A DNA stretch of 26,663 nt from a virus (taxonomy: Duplodnaviria; Caudoviricetes): the IMG/VR virus record IMGVR_UViG_3300048598_000245, positions 1 through 26,663 of that record, one strand, 5' to 3'. Each line of letters opens with the position of its first letter. Position 1 is the first letter of the stretch. Under the pieces are notes generated by a model. That model had not been told where the DNA came from. It searched no databases and saw only the letters and a list, made by a program, of their open reading frames with translations. Below are positions 24,552 to 26,663 of this stretch, piece by piece. The position numbers and the translations under genes were made by a program.

Positions 24552-24995
24552 ATGGCCTACGCGACCGTCGATCAGTTCGTCGCCTTTGTGGGCGAGGCCG
24601 AGGCCAAGGCGCTCGCGCCCGTGGTCGCGCCGGCGACGGGCTATGACGACGTGCGCATCCAGGACGCCCTGGAGGCCCAGTCGGCCAAGCTGGACACCTA
24701 TTTCGCCACTCGCTACGCGACGCCGCTCGATCCGGTCCCCCTTACGGTCAGAGAGGGCGTGCTCGAGCTGGCCCGCGAGGCGCTGGACCGCAACGGCCGG
24801 GATCATGTGAAGACGGCCGCCGATCGCGTCCGCGCCTGGGCCAAGGACGTCGCCAAGGGCGTGGCCGTGCTGGCCGGCGGCGAAGTCGGCGAGGATGTGC
24901 CTGCAGCCCAGGCCGACGCCGGCGTCCAGTACGGCGGACCTGGCCGGGTGTTCGACGACGGGGGCCTGGCTGGCTTCCTGAAGGGCGGACGATGA
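24552..24995 (+). CDS. Head-tail adaptor (Mu gp36 / DUF1320)
   Basis: MAYAT..., ALE..S..LD.Y..RY..PL...P, V.KG...L. Confidence 0.85.
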   Translation: MAYATVDQFVAFVGEAEAKALAPVVAPATGYDDVRIQDALEAQSAKLDTYFATRYATPLDPVPLTVREGVLELAREALDRNGRDHVKTAADRVRAWAKDVAKGVAVLAGGEVGEDVPAAQADAGVQYGGPGRVFDDGGLAGFLKGGR

Positions 24996-25519
24996 GCGGG
25001 GTCGCCCTCACCATCACCTTCGAGGACGTGTCGGCCGGGCCGATCCTGGCGCATGTCCGCTCCGCACTCACGGACATGCGGCCGCTGATGCAGGACATCG
25101 GCGCGGAGCTGGAGAACTCCACCCTCGACCGGTTCGAGACGAACATCGCGCCCGACGGGAGCGCCTGGCGGCCCTCGCTGCACTCCGAACTGACGGGGCA
25201 ACCGACGCTGGTGCGGGAGGGCTATCTTCGCGACAGCGTCCACTACGTGCTCGACGGCTCCGACGCGGTCGAGGTCGGCGCGGGCGGCAGCGCGGCCGAC
25301 TACGCCGCCATCCACCAGACCGGCGGCACGATCACCGCGAAGGGTCCTGGCGGGCTCGCCTTCACGCTCGCGTCCGGCGAGTTCGTGAACGTCCAGAGCG
25401 TCACCATCCCCGCTCGTCCCTACCTCGGCATCTCCGCCCAGGACGACGAGGCCATCCTGGAGATCGCGCTCCACTACCTCGCCGACGCCGCCGCCCGCTC
25501 CTACCAGGGAGGGCTGTGA
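24992..25519 (+). CDS. Virion morphogenesis protein (Mu G-like)
   Basis: RF.....PDG..W.P, L...G.L..S, YAAIHQ.GG, IPARPYLGIS..D. Confidence 0.9.
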   Translation: MSGVALTITFEDVSAGPILAHVRSALTDMRPLMQDIGAELENSTLDRFETNIAPDGSAWRPSLHSELTGQPTLVREGYLRDSVHYVLDGSDAVEVGAGGSAADYAAIHQTGGTITAKGPGGLAFTLASGEFVNVQSVTIPARPYLGISAQDDEAILEIALHYLADAAARSYQGGL

Positions 25520-25959
25520 TGGACGACTTCTTCGACGTCGTCGCCCAGCGGATCACCTCGCGCTGCGACCTGGTCGGCCACGCCGAGACCGGGATGAACG
25601 CCCAGGCCGCGTTCGACATGCTGGCCATGTCGCCGGCGCAGGTCACCGCCCTGGTCGCCCCGCTGGCCGACCAGGCCACGCCGGTTCGCGAAGCCGCGAT
25701 GTGGGTCAGCCAGGCCGAGACGTGGCGCTTCGGCGTGACCATGGGCATGGCCTATCCGGCCGGCTTCGCCCTGTTCATGCCGGCGCGCCGCCAGATCAAG
25801 GACGCGCTTCGGGGCTGGGGGCCGGACTGGGCCGCCATGCCCGTGGAGTACGCCGGCGGCCGGCTCCTTCAGTACGCGCTGAACCGGGACGGCGGGCGCT
25901 GGCTCTGGCTCCTCGAGTTCCGTCTCGCCCTCCAGGAAACCTACGAGCACCAGCAATGA
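25516..25959 (+). CDS. Probable tail terminator/completion protein
   Basis: Position and size; AL.GW.P and W..EF motifs. Confidence 0.65.
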   Translation: MMDDFFDVVAQRITSRCDLVGHAETGMNAQAAFDMLAMSPAQVTALVAPLADQATPVREAAMWVSQAETWRFGVTMGMAYPAGFALFMPARRQIKDALRGWGPDWAAMPVEYAGGRLLQYALNRDGGRWLWLLEFRLALQETYEHQQ

Positions 25960-26201
25960 AGAAGGTCCATCGCGTGCGCCCCACCGACGAAGACCGGGAA
26001 ACCGGCACCGAACCCCGCGCCGTCGCCGAAGGGCGCGGCCGCTTCAACCTGTCCGCCCAGAGCGCGCGCGCGATCGCCGAGGCGAGCGTGAAGTCCGGCT
26101 TCCCGGTTCCCGCCCACGCCCAGGCCGTGATCGACGCCGAAGACGGCGCCGCCCCGCAACCCGCCCCGGCCTCGCCGGCGGCCGAAACCTCGGAGGCCTG
26201 A
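25956..26201 (+). CDS. Hypothetical protein (81 aa)
   Basis: ATGA coupling, AGGA RBS. Confidence 0.65.
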   Translation: MKKVHRVRPTDEDRETGTEPRAVAEGRGRFNLSAQSARAIAEASVKSGFPVPAHAQAVIDAEDGAAPQPAPASPAAETSEA

Positions 26202-26203
26202 CC

Positions 26204-26663
26204 ATGCCCGGACGCCAACTGCTCCTCGCCAAGAAGGAGACCGTCTACGGCACCGACGCGACCGCCGCGGCGATCGACACCATGCTCGCCGAGGACGTCA
26301 GCTTCCGCCTGACCGGCCAGAGGGTGAAGCCGAACCCGGCCAAGCCGGGCGTCGGCCCCGTCGCCAGCCATGTCTACGGCGAGCACGTCGAGATGAGCTT
26401 CAAGGTGCCGCTCGCCGCCTCGGGCGCGGCGGGGACCGCGCCGAAGTGGGGACCGCTGATGAAGGCCTGCGGGTTCGCCGAGACGATCTCCGCCGGCGTC
26501 TCGGTCACCTACGCCCTGGTGCCCAATCCCAAGGGCGGCGACAGCCTGACGCTGGTCTGGCGCGACGATCGCCGGCTGCACAAGGTGCTCGGCTGGCGCG
26601 GCCGGGTCGGCCTGGAGTTTTTCGCCGGCGCACGTCCGATGCTCAACTTCATTGGCCGCGGCC
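26204..26663 (+). CDS. Tail tube (major tail) protein, truncated by the window edge
   Basis: GGAGG RBS; MPGRQLLLAKKETVYGTD...GAAGTAPKWGPLMKACG. No sheath gene precedes it, suggesting a non-contractile tail. Confidence 0.75.
   Translation, partial: MPGRQLLLAKKETVYGTDATAAAIDTMLAEDVSFRLTGQRVKPNPAKPGVGPVASHVYGEHVEMSFKVPLAASGAAGTAPKWGPLMKACGFAETISAGVSVTYALVPNPKGGDSLTLVWRDDRRLHKVLGWRGRVGLEFFAGARPMLNFIGRG

Larger units (their letters stand above)
75..26663 (+). mobile_element. Mu-like transposable prophage, left part; continues beyond the window
   Basis: Gene order: repressor, ner, A, B, gemA, Mor/C, lysis, gp25-30-like, protease, capsid, gp36, G, tail. The left boundary at TGT (75) is inferred; the phage call itself is firm. 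Confidence 0.95.

Noticed and set aside
24992-25519. G-like gene located after gp36 rather than after F
   Set aside because: Differs from Mu, but to my knowledge this is a common arrangement in other transposable phages, so not novel.

Overview
This window holds the left ~26.6 kb of an apparently intact, GC-rich Mu-like (transposable) prophage. The host is probably an alphaproteobacterium, inferred from gene content including a GcrA-like gene. About 74 bp of probable host DNA is followed by a likely TG-starting left end with repeat arrays. A leftward lysogeny unit encodes an S24-type repressor and an exported protein. The rightward early/middle operon encodes Ner, a ParB-like protein, MuA DDE transposase, MuB ATPase, DUF3164, a tandem GcrA-like HTH protein, DUF5131, GemA, a Mor/C-type activator and many small coupled ORFs. 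The late region covers lysis (GH19 endolysin, holin, overlapping spanins), packaging (terminase, portal, MuF), head genes, head-tail connectors and the start of a siphovirus-type tail tube gene. Most notable: (1) MuF carries a C-terminal PBECR-type nuclease-like domain with no immunity ORF, but directly convergent with it is a ~75-nt structured sRNA unit with its own promoter and terminator; (2) two near-identical palindromic late-promoter elements; (3) an AT-rich palindrome inside the parB-like gene and motif clusters at the left end; (4) a Gp49/Tad1-like candidate anti-defence gene in the head module. All family calls come from motif recognition by eye; no database searches were run.
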